Shown: positions 1 through 9,785 of the stretch, in pieces | Layout: each line of letters starts with the position of its first letter | Position numbering within the stretch: position 1 is the first letter of the stretch | NCBI GenBank assembly: GCA_963701335.1 | Contig: CAVOZR010000001.1 | Coordinates: 1,259,620 to 1,323,619 of the forward strand | Origin: an uncultured Gammaproteobacteria bacterium | GTDB taxonomy: Bacteria > Pseudomonadota > Gammaproteobacteria > Steroidobacterales > Woeseiaceae | DNA length: 64,000 nucleotides | Direction of reading: 5' to 3' | Notes under the pieces: generated by a model | Seen by the model: only the letters and a program-made list of their open reading frames with translations | Told to the model about the DNA's origin: nothing | The model's database searches: none | Made by a program: the position numbers and the translations under genes

Positions 1-662
1 AGACGATAGTGACCGGCGACGACGCAGGCATGGCGCTGGCCTGGGGCGAGGGTGGCTCTTTGCGGATTGACGCCAGCAGCCGCGTCCGGTTTGTCGATAG
101 TAGCTCCATATTTCTCGATACAGGCCGGGTGTATTTTGACTCCCGTCCGTCGTCGCTGATGACTGGCATCAGCGCCGGTGACGTTGCCGATTTCGTCGTC
201 GCGACCCAGTTCGGCAAGGTCGAGCACATCGGTACGCAGTTCATGACGCGCGTCGGCGATGGCAAGCTGACGGTCACTGTCAGGGAAGGACAGGTTGCCC
301 TCGAGGGCCCGAATCTGCAGCAGGTCGCTTCTGCGGGCGAGCAGCTCACGATCAGCTCCCGCCAAAAGCCGGTGGTGCTCAGTATTGGCCGGTCCGGCGA
401 GTCATGGGCCTGGATCAGCAGGACATCGCCCGCAGCGGACGTCGATGGCAAGTCGCTGCACGAGTTCCTTCTCTGGGCGTGTCGCGAGACGGGCCTGGAA
501 CTCCGGTATGAGGGACAGGCAGAGCAGGTTGCACGGCACGACGCCATTCTGAGGGGGATTATCGATACAGAACCGCTGGATGCGCTGAGGCTTCGACTGG
601 CGACGGCCGCGCTCGACTGGCGCATTGACGAGGGAGTGATTACCGTTAGTGAATTCAGGTAA
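1..662 (+). CDS. FecR-family anti-sigma / transmembrane sensor, 5'-partial (C-terminal periplasmic part)
   Basis: The frame is open to the window edge. The FecR-like segment (SLRIDASSRVRF...GRVYFDS) lies 23 nt upstream of a TonB receptor that carries an STN signalling domain, the classic FecR-FecA layout. Confidence 0.65.
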   Translation, partial: TIVTGDDAGMALAWGEGGSLRIDASSRVRFVDSSSIFLDTGRVYFDSRPSSLMTGISAGDVADFVVATQFGKVEHIGTQFMTRVGDGKLTVTVREGQVALEGPNLQQVASAGEQLTISSRQKPVVLSIGRSGESWAWISRTSPAADVDGKSLHEFLLWACRETGLELRYEGQAEQVARHDAILRGIIDTEPLDALRLRLATAALDWRIDEGVITVSEFR

Positions 663-685
663 ACAAGGACCGTAAGCGCGAGATC

Positions 686-3013
686 ATGCTACGACTCCTG
701 CTGCTCTCGTTTGCACTGCTTTCGTCAACGGTGTTGGCGGACGACGGGCAAGCCGTGCCTTATGTCGGACGCACTGTCGCGAACGTTATCGATGGATTCC
801 GCGAACAGGGCCACCGGTTTGCCTACAGCACGAACCTGGTCAGCAAGGAGCTTCGCGTAGAGACGGAGCCGGTGCCCGGCACGCCGGTTGAAATCGTGCG
901 GCAGATCCTCGAGCCGTATGGCCTCGAAGTCCGCAGCGAAGCCGGGGTGTACCTGGTCGTCAGGGCGCAGGCGAGAGAGGCGAGAGAGTCGAGCGTGCCC
1001 GAACCAACGTCGGCTTCGCCCCAGACGAAGCGTCCGGACATCGAGACGGTCATCGTCGCCGCGAGTCGCTATGAAATATCGCGCGACATCACGACCTCGA
1101 AGTTCGCTCTGGATCGCCGAACGATTCAGAGCATGCCGGATGTCGGCGAGGACCCGATCCGGATCGCCCAGCGCTTGCCCGGTGCGGCTGCGAGCGGTAC
1201 CTCGGCAGTCGCGCATTTTCGCGGCGGCGAGCAGAACGAGATCGGCATCATGCTGAACGGCCAGTGGCTGTTCGACCCGTTTCACGTTCGTGATTATCAA
1301 AACCTGTTCAGCGCGATCGACGCGCGTGCGATCGATGGTGTGGAGGTCTACACGGGCGGATTCCCGGTGCGTTACGGTGACCGTATGAGCGGCATGGTGC
1401 TCATGAATTCGCTGGACGCCGAAAAACCACGACATACGGAGATCGGGCTCAGCGTGTTCAATACCTCGTTGCTGACGGCTGGCAGCGCGCAGGATCGTAA
1501 CTGGCTGTTCTCCGCTCGGCGCGGCAACCTCGATCTCATTATTGATCCAAGATACGGACAGCCATCCTATTTCGATGTATTCGGCGAGTACACCTTCGAA
1601 CTCTCGCCCGGTATGCGGCTGTCGATGAATGCGCTGTTCGCCGACGATCAGGTCAAGGTCGTGCTCGAAGCGGACCCCGCAGAACTCGAGCAGGTTGTCA
1701 GCGACACCAGCAACACGCAGCTCTGGTTACGTCTCGAAAGCGACTGGTCTGAGACGCTGAGCAGCAGCACGGTATTGTCGATGGTCGACTACACGAACAC
1801 TCGCGAGGGTTCGGCGAGCGATCCGGAGAAGATGGTCGCTGCCGCGATGGATACGCGGGATGTCAGCCAGTTCGCGCTGCGCCAGGACTGGGTCTGGAGC
1901 CCCTCGTCGCGCCACCGGACGCAATGGGGCATTCACGCAGCCTATGGCGAGGCGGACTATGCCTACAGCGGTTCGGCCGACTATTTCGGATTGCAGGCGA
2001 TCTACGCGGACCGGCCGGACAGCGTCAGCCGCTCGGCAACGGCGAGCCCGAAAGGCGGCAGCTATGCGATATACGTGTCCGATCGGTGGCGGCTCACACG
2101 GCGCGCGGTGGCCGAATGGGGCCTGCGCTGGGACGACCAGACCTACACTGATCTGAGTTCCGATTCGCAGCTCAGCCCGCGGCTCAATTTCATGCTGCAG
2201 ACCGGGGATGCGACGGAGCTGCGTTTCAGCGTCGGGCGTTACCACCAGTCGCAGCCGCTGCAATCGCTGCAGATCGAGGACGGCATAACGAACTTCTGGC
2301 CGGCGCAGCGCGCTGATCATGTTATTGCCGGTGTGAAGCACCTTCTCGACAACGACACGTCGTTGCGACTCGAGGTATTCCGGAAAGAGATCCGCGACGT
2401 GCGGCCGCGCTTCGAAAATCTCTACGACCCGCTGGGGCTGATGCCGGAATTGCAGGCGGATCGCGTGCGCCTGGATCCTGCGAGGGCGGAGGCGCGAGGG
2501 CTCGAGCTCTCGGCCGATCGAAGCGCGGGTCCCTGGAGCTGGTGGGCCTCCTATACCTGGTCAAAGGTCACCGATCGTATCGATGGTCGCGACGTCCCGC
2601 GCAGCTGGGACCAACGCCACGCCGTGCAGGGCGGTTTCGAATGGCAGGACGAGGCCTGGACGCTTGCCATGGCCGCGAGCATTCACAGCGGCTGGCCCAA
2701 GACCGGCCTCGAGCTGATTTTCGAGGGCCTCGACGAGGACGGCGAGGCGATCAACGTTGCGGTGCCGGGGCCACGCAACGAATTCCGCCACCCGACGTTC
2801 GCGAGCGTCGATCTGCGAGTCAGCCGCAAGTTCGACGTCCGTCGGGGTTCGCTGCTCGCTTTCGTGGAAATCTCGAACGTGTTCAACCGCCGCAATGTCT
2901 GCTGCCTTGACTGGGATCTCGAGGAGGATGTTGCGGGAAACCAGGCGCTGGAATTCAGCCGCGACTACTGGCTGCCGCTGCTTCCCGCCATCGGCGTACT
3001 CTGGGAATTCTAG
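686..3013 (+). CDS. TonB-dependent receptor/transducer with N-terminal STN (secretin/TonB short N-terminal) signalling domain
   Basis: It has a signal peptide, an STN-like segment (VANVIDGFREQGHRFAYSTNLV...GVYLVV) and a plug motif (IVAASRYE...DPIRIAQRLPG). It also has a long beta-barrel ending in an aromatic terminal residue (VLWEF). Confidence 0.85.
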   Translation: MLRLLLLSFALLSSTVLADDGQAVPYVGRTVANVIDGFREQGHRFAYSTNLVSKELRVETEPVPGTPVEIVRQILEPYGLEVRSEAGVYLVVRAQAREARESSVPEPTSASPQTKRPDIETVIVAASRYEISRDITTSKFALDRRTIQSMPDVGEDPIRIAQRLPGAAASGTSAVAHFRGGEQNEIGIMLNGQWLFDPFHVRDYQNLFSAIDARAIDGVEVYTGGFPVRYGDRMSGMVLMNSLDAEKPRHTEIGLSVFNTSLLTAGSAQDRNWLFSARRGNLDLIIDPRYGQPSYFDVFGEYTFELSPGMRLSMNALFADDQVKVVLEADPAELEQVVSDTSNTQLWLRLESDWSETLSSSTVLSMVDYTNTREGSASDPEKMVAAAMDTRDVSQFALRQDWVWSPSSRHRTQWGIHAAYGEADYAYSGSADYFGLQAIYADRPDSVSRSATASPKGGSYAIYVSDRWRLTRRAVAEWGLRWDDQTYTDLSSDSQLSPRLNFMLQTGDATELRFSVGRYHQSQPLQSLQIEDGITNFWPAQRADHVIAGVKHLLDNDTSLRLEVFRKEIRDVRPRFENLYDPLGLMPELQADRVRLDPARAEARGLELSADRSAGPWSWWASYTWSKVTDRIDGRDVPRSWDQRHAVQGGFEWQDEAWTLAMAASIHSGWPKTGLELIFEGLDEDGEAINVAVPGPRNEFRHPTFASVDLRVSRKFDVRRGSLLAFVEISNVFNRRNVCCLDWDLEEDVAGNQALEFSRDYWLPLLPAIGVLWEF

Positions 3014-3468
3014 CCTCGGGTCGAGGCCGCCGCCGAACGCCAGCTTTGGATCGCATGCTCGTAGATGCGCCGATGTTTGCGGGCGTCCGCGTCGTTCCCG
3101 TAGATGATGCCGGCGGCGCGCCGATAGATCGCCTTGGCGAGCGGCCCGTTATCCGGAGTCTCGTCACGATGGGTCAGCACGAAAGGAATCGATCGGGTGA
3201 GGGTCAGCAGCAAACCCGACTGCCCGTCCGACAGCGTATGAACATGTACGAGCTCTACGGGCGGCATCAGGCAATAGGCGGTAACGGCTGACCTCACCAC
3301 TGGCCCGACCGTCACATCGTCGACCAGGTCCAGGCTCTTGGCGAGATCGACATTTCGGACCAGCACATGCTGCCGTACGCCGAGTGTCTGCAGCGCCTGT
3401 ATCAGTTTGACGAAGTGTTCACCCGCGCCATTGAAGCTTTTCGCGAGGTTGATATGACCGATATACAT
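3010..3468 (-). CDS. Short glycosyltransferase-family-4 N-terminal-domain-like protein (possibly a truncated remnant)
   Basis: MYIGHINLAKSFNGAGEHFVKLIQAL resembles the N-terminus of GT4/GT1 enzymes, but the product is only about 152 aa. The start was chosen at the internal Met; the ORF extends to 3540. The stop overlaps the convergent receptor gene by 4 nt. Confidence 0.3.
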   Translation of the reverse strand: MYIGHINLAKSFNGAGEHFVKLIQALQTLGVRQHVLVRNVDLAKSLDLVDDVTVGPVVRSAVTAYCLMPPVELVHVHTLSDGQSGLLLTLTRSIPFVLTHRDETPDNGPLAKAIYRRAAGIIYGNDADARKHRRIYEHAIQSWRSAAASTRG

Positions 3469-3722
3469 TCGCTGTCGCGGCGCTGCAATACCTGCCACCC
3501 GCGCCCGTGCCTCCTGCCAATGAGAGTCCATTCCATTCATTCAGACGGCGCCGGCGGTACAAATCGGTCGGCGAAAATTCCGGCCGCGGCCAGGGAAATG
3601 ATGTCGGACTTCCTTACAGACGTTCGACAGAGGCAAGGCAGCTTCGCTCGGCATCGGCCTCCTCGGCATGGGGATGACCAGACGCAGAAAGAACGCCTGA
3701 GTTCGAGGCTAAGCCATTACAG

Positions 3723-3747
3723 ACCCGCCCTCGTGGCGGGTTTTTTG
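3723..3747 (+). terminator. Orphan rho-independent terminator (ACCCGCC-ctcgt-GGCGGGT followed by TTTTTT)
   Basis: A perfect 7-bp GC stem, a 5-nt loop and a T6 run are read directly from the sequence. No plus-strand CDS ends upstream of it. Confidence 0.5.
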
Positions 3748-3936
3748 TGGCGCCAAAAGCACGTGTTAGAAATACCTGGCCATGGCGTAATACGCGTCGA
3801 TCCGCAATTCTGGAGACAAGCCGTTCCAATGTTAAGGTTGACGGGTCGGTTAGCGGCGGTAACCGGGGCAGCGCGGACTGTGGGCGGCAAAGAACTGAGC
3901 CGCCCAATCCACGGTTTGTATTGGGGAGTTGAAGAA

Positions 3937-4440
3937 ATGACATCAAGACAAAAGATCGCGCCCTGCCTTTGGTTCGATCGAAATGCCGAAGAAGCCGCGG
4001 AATTTTATGTATCCGTGTTCCCGGATTCGCACATCGACCACGTCGCGAGGTGTGCGATCGACTGGCCCGGCGGCGCTGCAGGCGATGCCATCATGGTCTC
4101 CTTTACGCTCGGTGGCCAACAGTACGACGCCCTGAATGGCGGCCCGGGAGAGCCTTTTAACAATGCCGTGTCGATGACCGTCCGCTGCGAGGACCAGGCG
4201 GAGGTCGATCGGATCTGGCAGGCGCTGGGGTCTGACAGCGGCGAGCCCATGGCCTGCGGATGGCTGCAGGACAAGTACGGGCTGCGCTGGCAGGTCGTCC
4301 CGGACGCTTTCATCGAAATGATGCGCGACAAGGATCCGCAAAAGAACAGGCGTTTGATGGAGGCCATGATGGGCATGGTGAAGCTCGACATTGCCACGCT
4401 CAGGGACGCGTACGAGGGACGCGGGCCTTCCTCCGCCTGA
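3937..4440 (+). CDS. VOC/glyoxalase-superfamily protein (PhnB / 3-demethylubiquinone-9 methyltransferase-domain-like)
   Basis: MTSRQKIAPCLWFDRNAEEAAEFYVSVFPDS...DKYGLRWQVVP is the hallmark of this family. The internal ATG at 3937 was chosen because the upstream 190 codons look non-coding. Confidence 0.75.
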   Translation: MTSRQKIAPCLWFDRNAEEAAEFYVSVFPDSHIDHVARCAIDWPGGAAGDAIMVSFTLGGQQYDALNGGPGEPFNNAVSMTVRCEDQAEVDRIWQALGSDSGEPMACGWLQDKYGLRWQVVPDAFIEMMRDKDPQKNRRLMEAMMGMVKLDIATLRDAYEGRGPSSA

Positions 4441-4588
4441 TCAAGTCACTTGTCGGGCATCCGACTGCGACGTTCCCGGTCGTGTCCGGGAAAAATGAAG
4501 GCGGCTCGGCCATGCCGCGTTGTCTGCTCACGCCAGATCATGGCGCGAACACGCGCCGGGACGATCGGGCGACCTCGGTCTTCGGTGC

Positions 4589-5560
4589 TCACGGCCCTGG
4601 ACCGGGAAGCTGGCCATCCGGGGCGTCCAGCTCATCCATTGACCTTTTGACCAGCAGCCGGTTGCGCGGGAAGTCGATGATGAAGTCGCGCTGCAGGAAG
4701 AGGCCGGCACCGAGGAGCGCGTAGGGCGTATCGCCTTGCATCAGCGATGTGAACAGCTCGAGCTCCGCTATTCTGAATTCTTCCTTATGCCAGCGCACGT
4801 TTCCGGTCGAGACCTCCTCGATAGTGAAGCGGGCCATTACCGGCGTGCTTTCGATCGCGCCCGTGACGACGTCTCTTGATCGCGAACGACCGGTTTCGAT
4901 CCCGATTCGCTGCGCGGCAGCGTGATTGATCAGGTTCAGACCAGCGCCAAGGTCAAAGATCGCGGCTATCGTATGTTCGCCGATGGTTATCTCAAAAAGG
5001 TACAACGCCGCGCCGCTCTCGCCGATAAGCTCAGGGTTCAGTGGAACAGAGGACCAACCCCGATACGTCCCTTGGGCGAGCAAAGCAGGCGGGTACAAAC
5101 GAACAACGCGATCGCGCGTCGACAGCCCGACGGCGTAGCGACGCAGGAAATCCAGACCGAGGATGCCGTCAATACCGGCGCCAGCAGCCGTGTCGCCCGG
5201 CAACAGGGCAACCCTCGGGGTCGTCCAGACCTCGGGGCCTATGGCGAGGCTTTCCACATTCGCGAACGGAAACGTGCCGGATCCCACGAGGCCGTGAATC
5301 CTCAGCACTCTTCCGGGTACGAGCTCAAGCGAGAGCTCGTCACGCAGCTCGTCGAAGATCACAGAGATCGTGGCGCCCGTATCCAGCGCGAACGTATAGG
5401 GTCCGTGCTCGTTGACGCGCACGTCGACTACGATACGTCCGTTTTCCTGGATCCTGTAGGGCGTGACTGCCAGCGCCCCGTCTTCGTCCAGCACCGTTGC
5501 ACAAGCGGCAAGTGCGATGACGGCCAGCAGTCCGGCGACCTTGAGGATTGCAATCACCAT
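4589..5560 (-). CDS. Lipoprotein with two retropepsin-like aspartyl protease domains
   Basis: There is a lipobox (IALAAC). Two D-T/L-G-A motifs (ALDTGAT, IFDLGAG) sit in duplicated halves. Confidence 0.65.
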   Translation of the reverse strand: MVIAILKVAGLLAVIALAACATVLDEDGALAVTPYRIQENGRIVVDVRVNEHGPYTFALDTGATISVIFDELRDELSLELVPGRVLRIHGLVGSGTFPFANVESLAIGPEVWTTPRVALLPGDTAAGAGIDGILGLDFLRRYAVGLSTRDRVVRLYPPALLAQGTYRGWSSVPLNPELIGESGAALYLFEITIGEHTIAAIFDLGAGLNLINHAAAQRIGIETGRSRSRDVVTGAIESTPVMARFTIEEVSTGNVRWHKEEFRIAELELFTSLMQGDTPYALLGAGLFLQRDFIIDFPRNRLLVKRSMDELDAPDGQLPGPGP

Positions 5561-5605
5561 CGAATCCTACTGCGCGGAAATCGTGAGGTATACCCGGCGG
5601 CCGGG

Positions 5606-6136
5606 CTAGGAGCGTTTCGCAAACGCCCAGGAAAGCTGCAGCGCCGAGGCAAGCACAACGATAAGGACGGTATGAACGAACCAGGGCGTGTCGCCCCAGA
5701 TGATCAGCACGGGCAGCAGACAGAAGAACAACGCCATCGCGAAACGACCAAACGGAAGGTGCCCGATGCCATAGCGCCGGTGTCGTATTCGAACAATCAT
5801 GACGTAGCCCTCCAGCGCGGCGATAACCGGCAGGTACGGCAGCCAGTATTTCTGCACAAAGCCAGGGATCAGCAACCACAGCCACAACACCGTGGCGAAG
5901 CCGAGGACGCGGTCTGCGATGCCGTCCAGATCGACATCTGACGTCGCCGGCGCGGCGCGGCGGGCGAACATCCCGTCCAGGAGGTCAGTCAGCGCCGCGG
6001 CGATGTACAGTCCGAATACCCACCATTTGAGATCGTAGACGGCCAGCGCTGTAATCGGTACGACGCTTGCAATGCGCGCCCAGGTGAGGGCGTCCGCGAC
6101 TTTCCTCGCGGTGATCTCGTTCATCGTCCGCCTCAA
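5606..6136 (-). CDS. CDP-alcohol phosphatidyltransferase family membrane protein
   Basis: A DLLDGMFARR...DGIADRV motif approximates DG(x2)AR...G(x3)D(x3)D. The protein is multi-TM and hydrophobic. Confidence 0.6.
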   Translation of the reverse strand: MRRTMNEITARKVADALTWARIASVVPITALAVYDLKWWVFGLYIAAALTDLLDGMFARRAAPATSDVDLDGIADRVLGFATVLWLWLLIPGFVQKYWLPYLPVIAALEGYVMIVRIRHRRYGIGHLPFGRFAMALFFCLLPVLIIWGDTPWFVHTVLIVVLASALQLSWAFAKRS

Positions 6137-6151
6137 TCGGCCATCTTGGGA

Positions 6152-6544
6152 CTAGCCGATGTTCTTTGCATAAACCGGCAGATCATCCGCGATGCGGAGC
6201 CAGGGCTGTTTGTCCTCGGTCCAGATGTGGGCACGCAATCTCGGCACGCCGGGATCGTCAAGGGTGTTGATGGTGATGTCGATCTCGCCTGGGCGTTTCT
6301 CGTTCTCGTAGCTAATCGACGAGCCGCAGTTGCTGCAGATGCCGCGAGTCACTCCGGGCGAGGAATGGTGAGCGTGCATCTTGCCGCGTGTAACCCTGAA
6401 TTCGTCGCGCGCGTAGCTTGCCCAGGCGACGACTGGCGCTCCTGCCGCTCGCTGGCAACTCTCACAGTGACAGAAACAGGCGAACTTCTCGGGGCCTGCC
6501 AATTCGTATCGAATTTCTCCACAGAAACAGCCGCCTTCAATCAT
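6152..6544 (-). CDS. GFA (glutathione-dependent formaldehyde-activating / CENP-V) family zinc protein
   Basis: The cysteine pattern CFCGEIRY...CHCESCQ...CSNCGS is present. The start was set at the internal Met, 8 nt inside the upstream gene's end. Confidence 0.75.
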   Translation of the reverse strand: MIEGGCFCGEIRYELAGPEKFACFCHCESCQRAAGAPVVAWASYARDEFRVTRGKMHAHHSSPGVTRGICSNCGSSISYENEKRPGEIDITINTLDDPGVPRLRAHIWTEDKQPWLRIADDLPVYAKNIG

Positions 6545-7175
6545 ATGACTTGTCGCATACCGGCACGTCCAGGAATTCGACTTTTCCCGTCTCGATCGAA
6601 TACTCGGCGCCCACGATTTCCAGGTCGCCGGCGTCGATAAGTTGCTCGAGTACGAGAGAGCCGTGTGAAAGCTGCTCGACGGAAGCACGAACATTGGCGC
6701 GGACGGCAGCTTCGGTCAACGCTTCTTCGCTGCTGTGCTGGTGTGCTTTCAGTACCGGTTCGATCGACGGCCGCACGCGATCGACGATCGCACGCAGATT
6801 GGGCGAGCGGTGCGTCTGCTCAAGCGCCAGTTCCTTGAGCGCCGCGATAACGGCGCCGCAATTCGAATGACCGAGAACGACCACGAGTCTCGTGCCGAAC
6901 TGACTGGCCGCGAATTCGATACTGCCGATCTGCGAGGGCGCCACGATATTGCCGGCCACCCGGATAACGAACAGGTCGCCGAAGCCTTGGTCAAACACGA
7001 GCTCCACCGGCACGCGTGAATCGGAACAGGCCAGGATAATCGCAATCGGATTCTGTGCGCCGGACATGCCGACCTGGTGTGTGCGACTGGCAATGTATTC
7101 GGCGTCGATCTCGCCAGCAGCGAAACGTCGATTGCCCTCGCGGAGTGCACTGATAGCGTCGGCTGGCGAAGTCAT
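6537..7175 (-). CDS. Beta-class carbonic anhydrase
   Basis: The CSDSRV, FVIRVAGN and GHSNCGA zinc-ligand motifs are present. The start was set at MTSPADAI. Confidence 0.85.
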   Translation of the reverse strand: MTSPADAISALREGNRRFAAGEIDAEYIASRTHQVGMSGAQNPIAIILACSDSRVPVELVFDQGFGDLFVIRVAGNIVAPSQIGSIEFAASQFGTRLVVVLGHSNCGAVIAALKELALEQTHRSPNLRAIVDRVRPSIEPVLKAHQHSSEEALTEAAVRANVRASVEQLSHGSLVLEQLIDAGDLEIVGAEYSIETGKVEFLDVPVCDKSYD

Positions 7176-7227
7176 GAGCTGACAGTATCCGGCACGCGCG
7201 TCGCCCCTGCAAGATGTTGTGGGTGGT

Positions 7228-8424
7228 CTACCAGCGCTGCACAAATACCGGTGTGCCCGCCGGGAATTCGATCTGCCCTCTGGGCAACTCAACGTAGCCG
7301 TCGGTTGCGGACAAGGCGGTGAAATCGCCGGAGGTATTGGTCTTGACTGGCATTGCCAGCAGCTGGCCGGCGGCGCTCGAGAGCAGGCGCACAGGCTGAA
7401 AACAGGTGAGATCGGGCTCGAAACGAATATCAACGGCCAGCGAAGCGAACTCGGGCGTCCGCGCGGTCATTGAAGAGGCCGCCTCCAGAGCAGGAACGAC
7501 GTACTGCCGGCAGCACACCAGCGCAGAGACCGGGTTGCCGGGCAGGGCGAATACGGCCGTTTTACCCGGCCCGATGCCGAACCACATTGGTTTGCCCGGG
7601 CGCTGGCTGACTTTATGAAAGACCAGCTGTACCCCGAGTTCCGCCAGCACGTCGGGGACGAAGTCGGCTTTTCCCATTGACACGCCGCCGCTCAGGATCA
7701 GCACGGCGGCCTGCTCGAGATGCCTGGCGATCCGATCCTTCATCACCGCACGATCATCGACAAGGTGCTCGTGCTTGCAGTCCGCGAAACCGCGTGCGCC
7801 GAGCATGGCCTGAATGGCCGGACCGTTCGACAGGCGAATCTGCTGCGGTGCAATCGGTGCACCGGCAGGAACGAGTTCGTTGCCGGTCGAAATAACGCGA
7901 AGCACCGGCCGCTGGCTGACGTCGACTTCCGTAAGGCCGCAGGAGGCGATGATTGCGATGTCGAGCGGGGAAATGATCTTGCCGGGCGCCAGAAGTTCGC
8001 TTCCCGCGGCGTGGTCGGAAGCGCGAGCGTGAATGAACTGTCGGGACTCGGCCGAATAGTCCGCGGCCACGCTTGCAACGCCATCGGAAATAACAATGCG
8101 CTCGACGGGAACGATGCAATCGGCATTCTCGGGCAGCGAAGCGCCGGTCATGATTTCAATGCAATGACCTTGTTCGAGCGTGAGCGCCGCGTCTCCTGCC
8201 GCCTGCAGGGCCTGCACGGGAAATCGCCGCGTTCCGCCGGCAATGTCCGCGTAGGCGATCGCTATGCCGTCCATCATGACGCGATCGAACGGTGGCTGAT
8301 CTCTCTCCGCGCAGACGGTCTGTCGCAGTACGCGGCCATTTGCGCTTGCCAGGGACGTCGACTCGACGGCAAACGCCGGCATTGCGGAGAGAATTGCGTC
8401 GCGCGCCTCGGCCGTCGTCAGCAT
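7228..8424 (-). CDS. moeA: Molybdopterin molybdotransferase MoeA
   Basis: The MoeA architecture is present: N-terminal PFDRVMMDGIA, central ISTGNEL, and SGGVSMGKADF. Confidence 0.85.
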   Translation of the reverse strand: MLTTAEARDAILSAMPAFAVESTSLASANGRVLRQTVCAERDQPPFDRVMMDGIAIAYADIAGGTRRFPVQALQAAGDAALTLEQGHCIEIMTGASLPENADCIVPVERIVISDGVASVAADYSAESRQFIHARASDHAAGSELLAPGKIISPLDIAIIASCGLTEVDVSQRPVLRVISTGNELVPAGAPIAPQQIRLSNGPAIQAMLGARGFADCKHEHLVDDRAVMKDRIARHLEQAAVLILSGGVSMGKADFVPDVLAELGVQLVFHKVSQRPGKPMWFGIGPGKTAVFALPGNPVSALVCCRQYVVPALEAASSMTARTPEFASLAVDIRFEPDLTCFQPVRLLSSAAGQLLAMPVKTNTSGDFTALSATDGYVELPRGQIEFPAGTPVFVQRW

Positions 8425-8430
8425 GTTTGC

Positions 8431-9714
8431 CTACCCCTCTCGCGCGATCGCGCGGTGACCGATATCGCGCCGCCAGAAGGCATCCTGCCAGCTGATCTTG
8501 TCGACGGCCTGGTAGGCGCTTTCCGCCGCCGCCGCCACCGTGTCGCCGAGCCCGACGACACAGAGCACACGGCCGCCGCTGGTGGTCACGGTATCGCCGG
8601 CGACAGCCGTCCCGGCGTGGAAGACCTTTTGCGTATCGCTGTCCGCCTCATCGAGGCCGGAAATCGTCTTGCCCCTGGCGTAGTGTGAGGGATATCCGCC
8701 GGCAGCCATGACTACGCCAAGTGCGGCGCGTGGATCCCACTTCGCACTCTGCTGTTTCAGCGATCCGTCCAGTGTGGCCTTGCAGATCGCCACGAGGTCG
8801 GATCTGAGGCGCATGAGGATGGGCTGGGTTTCGGGATCGCCGAGACGGCAATTGAACTCGATGACCCTGGGCGTGCCGTCCGGCATGATCATGAGGCCGG
8901 CATAAAGAAAACCGAGGTAGGGATGGCCATCCGCCTTCATGCCGGCCAGCGTCGGGCGAATCACGCGCTCCATGATCCGTCGTTCGATTGCAGGGGTCAC
9001 CACCGGCGCAGGTGAGTATGCGCCCATGCCGCCCGTATTCGGCCCGACGTCGCCTTCGTCACGTGCCTTGTGATCCTGTGATGTCGCCAGCGGCAGGACC
9101 GTATCGCCGTCCGTGACGACGATGAAGCTTGCTTCCTCGCCTTCCAGGAATTCCTCGACGACGATTCGCGCGCCGGCGTCGCCGAAGCTGCCACCCGCCA
9201 GCATATCCGTTGCGGCCTGCTCGGCGTCCTCGAGCGTCATTGCGACGACCACGCCCTTGCCGGCGGCCAGGCCGTCGGCTTTGATAACGATGGGAGCGCC
9301 CTGCTCGCGGATGTAGGCGAGCGCCGGCGCAAGTTCGGAGAAGTTCCGATAGGCGGCCGTGGGAATGTCATGCCGCGCCAGGAAATCCTTGGCGAAGGCT
9401 TTCGAGCCTTCCAACCGGGCCGCCGCTGCACTCGGCCCGAAGCAGGGTATCCCAAGCGCGGCGAATGTATCGACAATGCCGGCCACAAGCGGCGCTTCCG
9501 GGCCGACAATCGTCAGGTCGACCTGCTCCCGTTCGGCCAGCGCCGCCAGCGCCGCTATGTCATCGGCCGGGACGGCGACGTTGCGAACGCCACGCTCGAG
9601 GCCCGTACCGGCATTGCCGGGCGCAACAAGCACTTCGTCGACAACGGCCGACTGGACGCATTTCCAGGCCAGCGCATGTTCGCGCCCGCCCGAGCCAATT
9701 ATCAGAACTTTCAT
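8431..9714 (-). CDS. purD: Phosphoribosylamine-glycine ligase PurD
   Basis: It starts MKVLIIGSGGREHALAWK and has ATP-grasp motifs. It lies adjacent to purH. Confidence 0.95.
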   Translation of the reverse strand: MKVLIIGSGGREHALAWKCVQSAVVDEVLVAPGNAGTGLERGVRNVAVPADDIAALAALAEREQVDLTIVGPEAPLVAGIVDTFAALGIPCFGPSAAAARLEGSKAFAKDFLARHDIPTAAYRNFSELAPALAYIREQGAPIVIKADGLAAGKGVVVAMTLEDAEQAATDMLAGGSFGDAGARIVVEEFLEGEEASFIVVTDGDTVLPLATSQDHKARDEGDVGPNTGGMGAYSPAPVVTPAIERRIMERVIRPTLAGMKADGHPYLGFLYAGLMIMPDGTPRVIEFNCRLGDPETQPILMRLRSDLVAICKATLDGSLKQQSAKWDPRAALGVVMAAGGYPSHYARGKTISGLDEADSDTQKVFHAGTAVAGDTVTTSGGRVLCVVGLGDTVAAAAESAYQAVDKISWQDAFWRRDIGHRAIAREG

Positions 9715-9785
9715 AACTCTGTCGCCCCGACGCGTGTAAGTTCCCGCCTGCCGCAAGTGAGCGTTTGGCGTACGCCTACGATAAT

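Noticed and set aside
3541-3722. Possible SRP (4.5S) or 6S RNA because of a GGCAAGGCAGC segment ahead of a terminator
   Set aside because: The similarity to the SRP domain IV consensus is only a few nucleotides, and no symmetric-loop helix could be built. It is kept only as a generic sRNA candidate.
3367-3936. N-terminal 190-codon extension of the VOC-family ORF
   Set aside because: The extension runs through the start of the divergent gene and through the intrinsic terminator at 3723-3747. The family-typical N-terminus (MTSRQKIAPCLWF) begins at 3937.
4922-5941. 339-aa plus-strand ORF overlapping the aspartyl-protease and phosphatidyltransferase genes
   Set aside because: It is antisense to two genes that have clear motifs, and its translation is Arg/Gln-rich nonsense.
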